DNA of 64,000 bases from Fibrobacter sp. (GCA_045224895.1 JBGVAT010000051.1:2316-66315), one strand, 5' to 3'. Shown: positions 1 to 9,272, counted from the first letter of the stretch. The notes: generated from the letters alone by a model not told the origin. Numbers and translations are program-made.

Positions 1-39
1 GCTTTCCGCCAACAAGTTCATCGTGAAGTAACCCTTACA

Positions 40-347
40 GTCATCCCGCGGACCCATTGTCATGCCGGACTCCGTTCCGGCATCGCCTTTTTTTACAGTC
101 ATCCCGGATTCATTCCGGGATCGACTTACACGGTATCAGGCGACCCCGGCTGCGGCCGGGGTGACATCGGGAAAGAGCCTGTTTCAATTACACTGTCATC
201 CCGATCCTTTTGTCATCCCGCGGACCCATTGTCATGCCGGACTCCGTTCCGGCATCACCTTTTTTACAGTCATCCCGGATTCATTCCGGGATCGACTTAC
301 ACGGTATCAGGCGACCCCGGCTGCGGCCGGGGTGACAGCAGGAAAGA
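40..347. repeat. Cluster of REP-like GC-rich palindromic units arranged as two ~136-bp direct copies (40-176 and 212-347, period 172 bp)
   Basis: Two near-identical copies. Each contains the hairpin units gtcatGCCGGactccgttCCGGCat, gtcatCCCGGattcattCCGGGatcgacttacacgg and ggcgaCCCCGGctgcggCCGGGGtgaca. The same unit family recurs at 4229, 16801, 28711, 37733, 43956 and 50373. Confidence 0.85.
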
Positions 348-1865
348 TTAATTCGAGACTTTGAAGCGTTTGGGGGCAGCGTAGGCCTGCTCCACAAGGA
401 TGTCCTTGCCGGTTTCCATAAGCTTCTTGGCCTGCTCGGCAAGCGTGTCGTCATCCTTTTCCTTGATGACCTTGCTCAAATGCTCCATCGCAGCGTTCAC
501 GTCAGACTTTGTCTGTATGCGGAGCGCTCCGATGTCAAGGTGCGCCTTGCGAATGAGCCCTGCATCCGTTTCCTTGGCAATGCCCTTCTCCAAAAGCGTG
601 ATCGCTGCTTCGGGGATGTTCTTTTGCTTGGCGTTTGCGCCCCATTCTAGCCATTGCGTACTCGGAATCTCGATGTAGCAGGCTGCAATCTTGTTGACCG
701 CATCCTTCACTTCCATAAACTTGACCGGTTCTTCTTGCAATAGCGCCGTCAACCCGTAACGCAGCAAGCGGGCCGCATTGTCGTTCTCGCCGCGACTTGC
801 TGCTTCGAGTCCGTCGTTGATCATCTTGCGGGTGCGTTCACCAGGCGGGAGAGTTTCTGCTTCTTCCTTGACTACGGTTGGCTTTGCGACGGCATCTGAA
901 CGGTGTGGCATCTTGTAGCCGGCAAGTCCGCCCAGCGCAAAGAAAAATGGCGACTCCACGGCCACGGCATTGAAAATTCCTGGATTCAAGAACCAGTCTA
1001 TGGCAATGCTTGCGACTAGCGCCAACTGCGAAATCTTGCTTACGTAAGATGGAATCGCAGACCTGTCCTGGTCAAATGCGTTTGCTCCCAGTAAAAAGCA
1101 AAGCATCAGGCTAACGCCGATGTACCTCTGGTTTGCGAACTGGTCAAAGAATGACGTGTTCACGAGCAAGTCCACAAAGAATCCGCTCACGATGGCGACC
1201 ACGATCGCAAAGGCGTAAACGTAAAGGGCGTTCCAGCGTCTTTCGAGCTGCATCAAAGCGAACATAAAAATCACGACAAAGAAAATATAAGACCAGGCGC
1301 TAGGGAATAATAGGCTGCACGTGAGCAGGCTCTCCGTGTTTCCGCGGCTAGGGACGTATGCCCAACGGTAACGGATGAACTTGTCTGTATAATTGTTGAT
1401 CCGCTTGGTAAGTTCTTCCTGGTAATCCCTGTCGGTAGGGAAGGTGCCGTGTTCTGCGGCGTATTGCTCCTTTCCGCCTTGGTTTTCCCACCAATCGAGG
1501 AATTCCCCTTTCATTTCCTCGACGCGTTCTTCGACAATCGGTGTCGGATTTTCGACTCGGTAACGTTCCTTGTAAAGTTGCAGTTCCTGCTCCTTTAGCT
1601 TGTCGTCGGGAGTGAGTCCCACGTTCTTGAATTCCTGGGCTCGTTCTTCGTTCCACCACTTGTCAAAAGACTCGTGAATGTCTTTTTCCTGGCGTATCTG
1701 CTGGATGGTGGGGTTGAGGGTTGTTTCAAAGTTGAAAATTCCGATCGCTACGAGAGCGGCAAGCGTCACGTAGTGGTGAAATTTAAAGACCTTGAACGGG
1801 GTCAAGATAAGGCTCAATATTTTCTTCATACCAATGAATATAAACAAATCATTGGCAGAATGCAT
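348..1865 (-). CDS. Hypothetical polytopic membrane protein with helical-repeat (TPR-like) C-terminus
   Basis: 505-aa ORF, 12 nt downstream of the kinase stop on the same strand. It has a block of about 5 hydrophobic helices (e.g. WSYIFFVVIFMFALMQL, YVYAFAIVVAIVSGFFVDLLV) and a helical C-terminal third. Alternative start MKKILSL at 1829. No family recognised. Confidence 0.6.
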   Translation of the reverse strand: MHSANDLFIFIGMKKILSLILTPFKVFKFHHYVTLAALVAIGIFNFETTLNPTIQQIRQEKDIHESFDKWWNEERAQEFKNVGLTPDDKLKEQELQLYKERYRVENPTPIVEERVEEMKGEFLDWWENQGGKEQYAAEHGTFPTDRDYQEELTKRINNYTDKFIRYRWAYVPSRGNTESLLTCSLLFPSAWSYIFFVVIFMFALMQLERRWNALYVYAFAIVVAIVSGFFVDLLVNTSFFDQFANQRYIGVSLMLCFLLGANAFDQDRSAIPSYVSKISQLALVASIAIDWFLNPGIFNAVAVESPFFFALGGLAGYKMPHRSDAVAKPTVVKEEAETLPPGERTRKMINDGLEAASRGENDNAARLLRYGLTALLQEEPVKFMEVKDAVNKIAACYIEIPSTQWLEWGANAKQKNIPEAAITLLEKGIAKETDAGLIRKAHLDIGALRIQTKSDVNAAMEHLSKVIKEKDDDTLAEQAKKLMETGKDILVEQAYAAPKRFKVSN

Positions 1866-1877
1866 TTGCCTTAGGGA

Positions 1878-2984
1878 CTAAAGAGTATGTTTCTTGTACT
1901 CGTTCAGCTGGTTCCACAAAAAATCGGTATTGACGTCGCGGAATCCCAGATCGTTAACCTCTTCGCGCAGCTTGTGCGCTATGGCGAACAGGTTCGGGCT
2001 CCTTTTCATTCGCTCGGCGGCGTCGGAGGTCGTGAGGGCGTCGATCCAGTCGTGGATTTCGGGGAATCGCGGATCGTTAAAGATGTTCTCGCGACCGCTT
2101 TCGATGTATTCCGTGTAGCGCTTGGTGATGAGGCGTCCTTCTTCGGTGTAGATTTCGCGGGCTTTCGGGTAGAGCTTGCTTCCGGTCAGGTATTCGTGCA
2201 TCACGGCGCCAAAGCTAAAGTAGTCCACGGCGTATGAAATGTTTTCGCTAGACTGGGCGAGTTCGGGAGCGCTGTAGCTTGGCGAAAAGACTCCGCCGCC
2301 TTCGGTAACGGATTCGCGCATTTTCGCCTGGGCGTAACCAAAGTCGCAAATCAAGATTTTGTGGTTGTTCTTGTGTTGCGGGTTCTGGCACAAAAGCAAA
2401 TTCTTGGGCTTGATGTCCTTGTGGACAATCTGGTAGTAATGGAGCTGGCTGATGGTGTTGGCGAGGTATGCCATTTGGGCTACGCGCTTTACGACTTCAT
2501 CGTCGGAGAGCTTTGGCTTGATGACCCTGTCTAAGGAACAGCCCTTGATGAATTCCAGCTTGAGGTAGGGGTGACGCCCTGCGATGCCCCCGCCGTATGT
2601 TTGCACGACGCCTTCGATGTTCGTTGCACGGACGAGGTTGTTGATGCGGATTTCATCCTGGAACGCACTCAGGAGCATATTCAGGCGGTGCAGACGGTTT
2701 TTGCCGGGAGGTGCCCAGTACTTGCAAATCTTGACGACGATTTCTTTTTCGTCGTAGCGCTTTTCGTCGCGCGGGTGCTGTAGCCAGAGCTTTGCGCGGT
2801 AGAGCTGGTTGGTGCCTTCGAGCGAAAGCGGTTCGATGAGCTCTATGCGTTCGGCGTTGCCGTTGTGCTTAAAGTCAGGATTATGGTCAAACCACCGCTG
2901 GTATTCTTCCATGGTGTAGTTGGGGCGCAAAGCGAGGTTGCGCGAGACCCTGTCCATTGTTTCAGCCAAGTCGTTCCAAAACAT
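1878..2984 (-). CDS. Hanks-type Ser/Thr protein kinase
   Basis: Catalytic loop HKDIKPKNLLL, DFG motif (ICDFGYAQ), SPSYSAPE segment and a conserved Lys context (EIVVKICK). About 90-aa non-kinase C-terminus. Confidence 0.85.
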   Translation of the reverse strand: MFWNDLAETMDRVSRNLALRPNYTMEEYQRWFDHNPDFKHNGNAERIELIEPLSLEGTNQLYRAKLWLQHPRDEKRYDEKEIVVKICKYWAPPGKNRLHRLNMLLSAFQDEIRINNLVRATNIEGVVQTYGGGIAGRHPYLKLEFIKGCSLDRVIKPKLSDDEVVKRVAQMAYLANTISQLHYYQIVHKDIKPKNLLLCQNPQHKNNHKILICDFGYAQAKMRESVTEGGGVFSPSYSAPELAQSSENISYAVDYFSFGAVMHEYLTGSKLYPKAREIYTEEGRLITKRYTEYIESGRENIFNDPRFPEIHDWIDALTTSDAAERMKRSPNLFAIAHKLREEVNDLGFRDVNTDFLWNQLNEYKKHTL

Positions 2985-3053
2985 ATGGAAAAAATTAGCA
3001 AAAAAGGAAATGCCCGCTCGGTGGCGGGCATAACAGGGGGTGAAAAAGCTGGA

Positions 3054-3905
3054 TTACTTTTTCATTTTGGGTGCTTCTTCGTCTTCAACGTGCGTTCTGG
3101 CGAACGTGACCTGTTCTTCGCTCTGTTCTTCGAGGCGGGACGTGATGAAGTCGTAGGCTTCGTCGACCGTATCGCAGAACTTGAACAGCTTCAAGTCTTC
3201 CGGATTGATCATACCCGTTTCGGCAAAGAATTCCCAGTTGAGCGCCTTCTTCCAGAAGTTGGAATCGAAGATGACAACCGGCATCTGTTGCGCGTACTTA
3301 TCGGTCTGGATGAGCGTGAGCATTTCGAAGGCTTCGTCGAGAGTGCCGAACCCGCCCGGGAAAATGACCAACGCACGGGCCATACGCAGGAACCAGTATT
3401 TACGAACAAAGAAATAGCGGAACTGAAGGTTCAGTTCGTTGTCAATGTACGGATTACAATGTTGTTCGAATGGCAGCTTGATATTCAGGCCGACAGATGG
3501 CGTACCGACATCGGTTGCACCGCGGTTACCCGCTTCCATGATGCCCGGACCACCGCCCGTCATGATGGCGTAGCCGTGATGGCGCTTGTTGATCCACTTG
3601 CCGAGCTTGGCCGCAAGTTCGCGGGCGGCAGTGTAGGAATCGGCCACTTTGGAGAGCCTGTCTAAACGGGCGAGTTCCTTTTTGTCCTTGCAACCCTTGC
3701 GACGCTTCTTGATTTCTTCGGGCGGAAGCGTACGTGCAGAACCAAAGAACACAATGGAATTCTTGATATCTTCTTGGTTGAAAATCTGTGCGGGCTGGAA
3801 AAATTCAGAAAGGAATCGAATGGGGCGTGCGGCATCACTTTCCATGAATTCGGCGTTGTGGTAAGCCATCTGCCCCGGAATCGTGCGTATTTTTTTCGGT
3901 GCCAT
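3054..3905 (-). CDS. LOG / TIGR00730-family Rossmann-fold nucleotide-binding protein (lysine-decarboxylase-like)
   Basis: Motifs IMTGGGPGIMEAGNRGA and PGGFGTLDEAFE, typical of the LOG family. 283 aa with an N-terminal extension. Confidence 0.8.
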   Translation of the reverse strand: MAPKKIRTIPGQMAYHNAEFMESDAARPIRFLSEFFQPAQIFNQEDIKNSIVFFGSARTLPPEEIKKRRKGCKDKKELARLDRLSKVADSYTAARELAAKLGKWINKRHHGYAIMTGGGPGIMEAGNRGATDVGTPSVGLNIKLPFEQHCNPYIDNELNLQFRYFFVRKYWFLRMARALVIFPGGFGTLDEAFEMLTLIQTDKYAQQMPVVIFDSNFWKKALNWEFFAETGMINPEDLKLFKFCDTVDEAYDFITSRLEEQSEEQVTFARTHVEDEEAPKMKK

Positions 3906-4015
3906 AATAAACCTCTTTTCGTTATATATGGAATAATATACGATAAAAAGGCTTTAGGGGCTAAAAAAATACGTTTTTATCTTCTTACTTGGAGTAACAT
4001 TTATATATTGAGAGT

Positions 4016-4228
4016 ATGCTAGTAAAAATGTGGACAGATAATTTTGTCATTACGGGTGAAATCGACACGTTGCGTGACGAGCGCCTGACGGACTATATCC
4101 GTGAAAACAAGGATTTTATCGCGGTTACTCAAGTGCGCGTGTGCGACAGAAATGAGAAGGACCTGTTCCGTACACACTTCTTGAACGTCAGCACCAGCCA
4201 CATCGAGATTATTCTCCCCGCAGAATAG
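4016..4228 (+). CDS. Small hypothetical protein (70 aa)
   Basis: ORF only. It is divergent from the LOG gene across an AT-rich spacer. No clear SD; second ATG at 4028. No family recognised. Confidence 0.35.
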   Translation: MLVKMWTDNFVITGEIDTLRDERLTDYIRENKDFIAVTQVRVCDRNEKDLFRTHFLNVSTSHIEIILPAE

Positions 4229-4312
4229 AACTTGTCATTCTCGCCACTCCGGACTGTCACCCCGGATTAGGTTGGTGAGCTTGCCGAACCACCGGGGTCG
4301 CCTTTGTTGGTT
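4229..4312. repeat. REP-like hairpin units between convergent genes
   Basis: tgtcaCCCCGG...CCGGGGtcgcc unit with a nested hairpin (ggttggtgagcttgccgaacc). This is the same flank motif as the unit ggcgaccccgg...ccggggtgaca at 145-166. Confidence 0.6.
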
Positions 4313-4314
4313 TG

Positions 4315-6888
4315 TTACCACTCGATGGCGATCTTAGCGACTAGAATTCGGCGGGCAGCCTCGTCGAGCTTGGTCGGATCGTTTTCAACACCGAGAATCC
4401 CCGCAAATACGACAAACGGGCTAGGCGTCGTACCCTGGTTATTGCACTTGACGCGGATGTAGATTGTCCCGTCCTTAATCTCAAGCCCGCTCACCAGCTC
4501 ATTCAAATCCATTTGCTGGCCACGATGGTTTGTGACCACCGGGAATTTTTTCTGCTCGAACTTTTCCATAAGGTCGGCAGGAATGCTTTCGGGCGTGTGC
4601 CTATATATAATAGCGGTGGGGAAGTGCTTCGAGAGCTTTTCCTTCAAGGGCTCGATGTCCACGATCTCCATACCGTGCGGGAAAGGTGCGCTGAGCTTCT
4701 CGATGGTCTTTTGCTTGCCTTCGGGCGAGATGTCGAGCGGCTGGAGCAAATCCACGCTGATGAGTTCGCAGTACGTTTCGAGGCCGAGCGGGAGCGCACC
4801 CATGTTGACGATGCGCGGCTTGGGGCTGAACCCTTCGCTGAACTTGATGGGAATGCCCGCGCAGATGAACGTACGCTCGAAGAAGCTGAGCATGTTCTGG
4901 TGCGGCAAGAATCGGCTGATACCCGTCTTTTTAAACGTAATCTTGTAACTGTAGTGGACTTTTTGGCTGGGGCGGCGGTCGGCCACAAGCTTCTTGATTT
5001 CTTCGGGCGTGCGGCTGGGCGCCTTGTGGCGCACCGGATCGTTCGCAAGAACGATCTCCTTGCCAAAGCCAGGAATGCCGCACTTTTGGCAGTCACCCCA
5101 TTTGCAGTTCGGCACTGGAGCGGATGTCGGATCGAACGCCTTTTCCCATTCGCGGCGCAGGTACTGCTTTGACGTGCCTGCGTGGATGTAGTCCCACGGG
5201 AACACTTCGTCCTTGTCGCGTTCGCGGTAAACCCAGCTAGTGTCGTAACCGCATTCGTCCCAGACTTCGAGCCACTTGTTAAAATCAAAACGGTAGCTGT
5301 CGCTTTCGAAGATGATGCCCTTCTTGTAGGCGGCGTAAATGACGGGACCTAGGCTGCGGTCGCCACGGCTGTACACGGCTTCGAGGAAGCTTGTTTCCCA
5401 GGCTGCCCAGTTGATTTTTACGTTCGGGTGCTTGTAGAACTTTTCGCGCACGTAGCGGATGTGGCCGAGAGCCGTTTCTTTGTCCATAAACGGAGCCCAT
5501 TGCAACCCCGTAAAGGATTTCGGAATGAGAATGCCTATGGAAACTGCGATTTGGATGCCGCGGTTATACTTGCGACCGATTTTCACGAGATTGAAGATAA
5601 GCTCACAGAATGATTGCATATCCTCTTCGTTCTCGGTCGGAAATCCGATCATCGTGTAAAGCTTGATCTTGTTGAATCCGCTAGAGAAGGCGTGTTCTGC
5701 TGCGTCGTACATGTCCTGGTCGCTGATGGTCTTGTTGATCATCTTGCGGATGCGTTCGGAACCTGTTTCCGGTGCGAATGTGGCACTGCGACCACCCTTG
5801 AGTGCTGCGACCTTTTCGGCGAGACTTTGTCCAAAACTGTTGACACGGATACTCGGGAGGCTCACGTCGACGTTGTCGTAGAACGGGTCGTCGATGATGG
5901 AGTCCGTGAGGGCCTCGACCGGCTTGTAGTCTGCCGTTGAAAGCGACAAAAGTCCAAGTTCGCGTTCGCCTGTCGCCTTGATGCCTGCCTTGGCGATGTC
6001 CAGAACATCATCCGGATCAAGTTCGCGGCATGGCCTGTACCAAATGCCTGCCTGACAAAAACGACAACCCTGAGCGCAACCACGCATCACTTCCACGCTG
6101 AATCGATTGTGGACAAGTTGCATATTTGCGATCAAATTCTTGATAGGGTAGTCCTTAGGGTCAAGTACCGGGATGAACTGGCGGCGTACACCGTTTGTAT
6201 GTTCGTAAGAACCCTTTGCCGGTTCCTTGGGCACGATGACTCCGTATTCGTTCTTGACGACTTCGCGGAGCGTCGGAACGTACACACCGTCTAGCTTGGC
6301 GAGGTTCTTCAAAATCTCTGCACGCGGGAGACCGGCCTTGCGCCCTTCGCCCACGCAACGCACGAAGTCGACGACCAGCTTTTCGCCATCGCCGATCATG
6401 AACGCGTCAAAGAAGTCCGCTACCGGTTCAGGGTTGCCCATCGCGGGGCCGCCAGAAACCACGATCGGATCGCTCTCGGCGCGGTCCTTTTGCCAAGCCG
6501 GAATCCCGGCCAGTTCGAGTACGTAGGGGACGTTCGTAAAGTTGAGTTCGGTCTGGAGCGTAAGCCCCACGACTTCGAAATCCTTGACTGCCGTGTAGCT
6601 TCCGTGCGTGTACAGCGGAATGTCATATTTTTTCATCTCGCGGGCCATATCGTCCCACGGGGCAAAACCCACTTCGCAAAGCAAATCCGGTTCACGGTTC
6701 AGTACGTGGTACAGGATCCTGAGACCGTTGTTGCTCATACCGATTTCGTAAGTGTCCGGGAACACGAACGCCATACGGGCAAGCATCTTGCTATGGTCTT
6801 TGATAACGCTGTTGGCTTCGCCACCCATGTAACGGGCGGGGGATTCGACTGCCGGGAGTACGAGAGCGAGTTTTTCAAGGATTGTCAT
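4315..6888 (-). CDS. Radical SAM protein, TIGR03960-like core fused to a DUF2344/TIGR03936-like C-terminal half
   Basis: 857 aa. The CxxxCxxC cluster motif sits in MRGCAQGCRFCQAG. The N-terminus is B12-binding-like, and the C-terminal ~230 aa matches the separately known partner domain. Confidence 0.85.
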   Translation of the reverse strand: MTILEKLALVLPAVESPARYMGGEANSVIKDHSKMLARMAFVFPDTYEIGMSNNGLRILYHVLNREPDLLCEVGFAPWDDMAREMKKYDIPLYTHGSYTAVKDFEVVGLTLQTELNFTNVPYVLELAGIPAWQKDRAESDPIVVSGGPAMGNPEPVADFFDAFMIGDGEKLVVDFVRCVGEGRKAGLPRAEILKNLAKLDGVYVPTLREVVKNEYGVIVPKEPAKGSYEHTNGVRRQFIPVLDPKDYPIKNLIANMQLVHNRFSVEVMRGCAQGCRFCQAGIWYRPCRELDPDDVLDIAKAGIKATGERELGLLSLSTADYKPVEALTDSIIDDPFYDNVDVSLPSIRVNSFGQSLAEKVAALKGGRSATFAPETGSERIRKMINKTISDQDMYDAAEHAFSSGFNKIKLYTMIGFPTENEEDMQSFCELIFNLVKIGRKYNRGIQIAVSIGILIPKSFTGLQWAPFMDKETALGHIRYVREKFYKHPNVKINWAAWETSFLEAVYSRGDRSLGPVIYAAYKKGIIFESDSYRFDFNKWLEVWDECGYDTSWVYRERDKDEVFPWDYIHAGTSKQYLRREWEKAFDPTSAPVPNCKWGDCQKCGIPGFGKEIVLANDPVRHKAPSRTPEEIKKLVADRRPSQKVHYSYKITFKKTGISRFLPHQNMLSFFERTFICAGIPIKFSEGFSPKPRIVNMGALPLGLETYCELISVDLLQPLDISPEGKQKTIEKLSAPFPHGMEIVDIEPLKEKLSKHFPTAIIYRHTPESIPADLMEKFEQKKFPVVTNHRGQQMDLNELVSGLEIKDGTIYIRVKCNNQGTTPSPFVVFAGILGVENDPTKLDEAARRILVAKIAIEW

Positions 6889-6947
6889 ACCCCCAAAAAT
6901 AGATAATCTTGTTGCCTGCCCTGTAATATTTTAATATTATTTGTGGT

Positions 6948-8306
6948 ATGAATATCGTCAAATATATTTTCTGGTTGGTCGCCTTTTTGATGGGCGTCAT
7001 TGCTGCCTACGTAGTCCCCGAAGAAACCATGTCCACCGGCGCGAAGTTCATATTCGTGGGTGCCTGGGGCTCCGTACTTGGCTTTGTGTTCTACACCTTC
7101 TGCCGCCGTCAGATCGAAGCCATCGAAAATGATTTTAACGAAGTGCTGAACAAGCCTCAGCCGAAAGTCTCTCAGTTCGTCTCGGTACGTCCGGTGGACG
7201 AAGAAAAGAAGAACCCGTTGCCGCCGGGTGCCATCCCCGCTGCCGAGGCTCTCAAGCAGCAGCCGATGCCGGCCTCCATTAAAAAGCTCGATGCCGCAGC
7301 CGTCAAGATTGGGTTCCCGCTCGAAGCCTGGAACGGCTTTAAGCTCGGCATCCTCCGCAACCGCCCGTTCACCGAAGTCATCGAAGCGATGCAGAAACTC
7401 ATGCCGGAACTCTTCCCCGAAGCTTCCGGTGTACTTTATATGTACGGCGGCGTACAGACCGAACTTTCGCAGATCTTCCGCTTTGGCCCGAACGTTATCA
7501 GTGACGAAACCGTGACCCCCGCCGAATGCGCTAGCTTTAACACCGGTGACATCGTCGTGACCGACTACAGCTCTCCCGAAGTCTCTAGCGGCTGCACCCA
7601 CCTGCACCACCGCCCGAAGGGCATTGCCATTTGCGCCCCCATCGAAGGCCTCGAAGAACACTTCGGCATTTTGACCATTCAGGTCGACAAGCTCCCGGAA
7701 AACGAAACCAAGGAATACTGGCAGGCCAAGGTGAGCATCGTCTCTGCCGCGTTTGGACTTTACGTGGCAAACCAGGACCTGAATATGCGCTTTGAACAGC
7801 ACAGCATCCGTGACGTGCTGACCGGACTCTTCAATAGACGTTATATGGAAGAATCCCTCAATCGCGAAATTACCGCTGCAAACCGTCACAGATCGCCCAT
7901 TGGCATTGTGATGCTTTACCCCGACGCCATTCCTGGCGTACAGGCCTCCCAGGGACGCCACGCTGTGGAACAGCTCTTCTGGGAACTCGGACAGCGCCTG
8001 CCGAGCTACATCCGTGGCGAAGACATCCCGTGCCGCTACTCCGACGATGTGTTCTGCGTGATCATGCCGGGCGCCGACCTCAACATCACGAAGAACCGTG
8101 CCGAACGCATCCGCAACGAAATTTCTCAGCTCCAGATTGCCTATGGCGACGGAATCCTTGCGACCACGCTCAGCATGGGTGTAGCCGTGATGCCGACCCA
8201 CGCAAGCGACGCCGGCTCGCTCATCTACACCGCAGAAGCCTCTTTGCAGATGGCTATGCAGGCTGGAGGTAACCGCGTAGTCCTCGCTGACGCCGTGATG
8301 AAGTAA
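6948..8306 (+). CDS. Membrane-anchored GGDEF-domain protein with degenerate active site (SDDVF) and retained RxxD I-site
   Basis: Two N-terminal TM helices, a central sensor-like region, then a GGDEF domain start (DVLTGLFNRRYMEESL). The A-site reads RGEDIPCRYSDDVFCVIMPG, against the canonical RxxD-x5-GG[DE]EF. Confidence 0.85.
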   Translation: MNIVKYIFWLVAFLMGVIAAYVVPEETMSTGAKFIFVGAWGSVLGFVFYTFCRRQIEAIENDFNEVLNKPQPKVSQFVSVRPVDEEKKNPLPPGAIPAAEALKQQPMPASIKKLDAAAVKIGFPLEAWNGFKLGILRNRPFTEVIEAMQKLMPELFPEASGVLYMYGGVQTELSQIFRFGPNVISDETVTPAECASFNTGDIVVTDYSSPEVSSGCTHLHHRPKGIAICAPIEGLEEHFGILTIQVDKLPENETKEYWQAKVSIVSAAFGLYVANQDLNMRFEQHSIRDVLTGLFNRRYMEESLNREITAANRHRSPIGIVMLYPDAIPGVQASQGRHAVEQLFWELGQRLPSYIRGEDIPCRYSDDVFCVIMPGADLNITKNRAERIRNEISQLQIAYGDGILATTLSMGVAVMPTHASDAGSLIYTAEASLQMAMQAGGNRVVLADAVMK

Positions 8307-8345
8307 TGGCTTATATAGTATAGCCCTGATATTTTTCAGAGATAG

Positions 8346-8367
8346 GCCTCCTGCGGGAGGCTTTTTT
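8346..8367 (+). terminator. Rho-independent terminator after the GGDEF gene
   Basis: gcctcc-tgcg-ggaggc stem-loop followed by tttttt. Confidence 0.7.
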
Positions 8368-8624
8368 ATGGGAATGGTCGAGCGAAAAAGGATAAAAACC
8401 TTCTTTTTGGCGTAAAAATGCCGCTTTTGTGTAAATGTTTTTATACAGAATGTGCGCGATGCGGTGTGATCACTATCACGAATATTCCAAGTTGGAATAT
8501 AAAAAACAGTAAAAAAAGGTTTTTTCGTAAAAAATTATCTATATATAGTTCATCGGAAAGTTTGGTTAATATTTTGCGATTTTTCGCGAAAAACGGCACT
8601 TTGGTCATAGATAAAACCCGGTCA

Positions 8625-8668
8625 TGACAAAAACGTGACAAAAGTTTGACAAAAGTTTGATAAAAGTG
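8625..8668 (+). promoter_or_regulatory. Four tandem 11-bp repeats upstream of the pilin-like gene
   Basis: Units tgacaaaaacg / tgacaaaagtt / tgacaaaagtt / tgataaaagtg, about 90 bp upstream of the ATG at 8757. They show one-helical-turn phasing and contain TTGACA hexamers. Confidence 0.5.
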
Positions 8669-8756
8669 TTGCTTTTCGAAGAAAAAGAGATATATTACTG
8701 AATGTAAACGAGCAATAACGCTCAAAAGAATGTGTAACAAAACAAGGAGATACACT

Positions 8757-9272
8757 ATGAAGAAGCAAGGTTTTACCCTTATTGAATTGATGGTCGTGAT
8801 CGTTATCATGGGCATCCTCGCCGCAGTCGCAGTTCCGAAACTCTTCGGTATGATCGCTAAGTCCAAGGCCTCTGAAGTTGGTCCGGCAGCCGGAACCTAC
8901 ATCAAGTTGCAGGATGCTTATGTGTCTGAAAGCAATGCTGTCGGTACTTGGAAATTGATTGGCTACGTCGCTCCGGGTGCAACCTCCGCAGCAGCTGCTG
9001 GTAACACGACCAATTTTGCATATACCGCTGGCGGTACAGCAGTTACGATTGACGGAAACAGTGCCGTTGCTCTTACAACTTTGGGTTCTTCTGGTGCTGT
9101 AACATGGCAGGCAAAGAACAAGGTTGCCCTTAATGAATGCGCTATTGCAGATGCTAATATTTGGACGATCACCACCAAGGAAGCTTCCAATGGCAATAGT
9201 GTGACCTACACCGCTGATGTCTCCGACGCATGCTTCCAGTTGACACCGTCTTTCAAGAACATCGGTAAGTAA
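8757..9272 (+). CDS. Prepilin-leader (type IV pilin/pseudopilin-like) protein, paralog 1
   Basis: MKKQGFTLIELMVVIVIMGILAAVAVPKLF is a class III signal with a G/F cleavage context and Glu+5. SD aaggag lies 7 nt upstream. The C-terminus ends in TPSFKNIGK, shared with paralogs at 11257 and 11914. Confidence 0.8.
   Translation: MKKQGFTLIELMVVIVIMGILAAVAVPKLFGMIAKSKASEVGPAAGTYIKLQDAYVSESNAVGTWKLIGYVAPGATSAAAAGNTTNFAYTAGGTAVTIDGNSAVALTTLGSSGAVTWQAKNKVALNECAIADANIWTITTKEASNGNSVTYTADVSDACFQLTPSFKNIGK

Noticed and set aside
2-31. Possible 3' end of a plus-strand CDS entering the window (...LSANKFIVK-stop).
   Set aside because: Only 9 codons are visible, so it cannot be supported.
62-364. 100-aa plus-strand ORF through the REP cluster at the window start (and the ORFs 37729-38032 through the second cluster).
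   Set aside because: The ORF is produced by tandem palindromic repeat units. The internal duplication of the peptide simply mirrors the 172-bp DNA repeat. There is no start context.
6885-8201. 438-aa minus-strand ORF antisense to the GGDEF gene. Similar full-length antisense ORFs occur at 35075-36451, 36587-37657, 38033-39208, 40317-41561, 41558-42424, 57735-59432, 26953-27858, 28859-29581, 33795-34640 and 50522-51253.
   Set aside because: In each case the opposite strand encodes a protein with clear family motifs, a signal peptide or a lipobox (GGDEF, GlgA-like, lipoprotein, porin, GH8, GT2, ATP-grasp, GH3 etc.). The antisense translations are low-complexity (rich in V/H/F/D/R) and have no recognisable motifs. 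They are shadow ORFs caused by codon bias.
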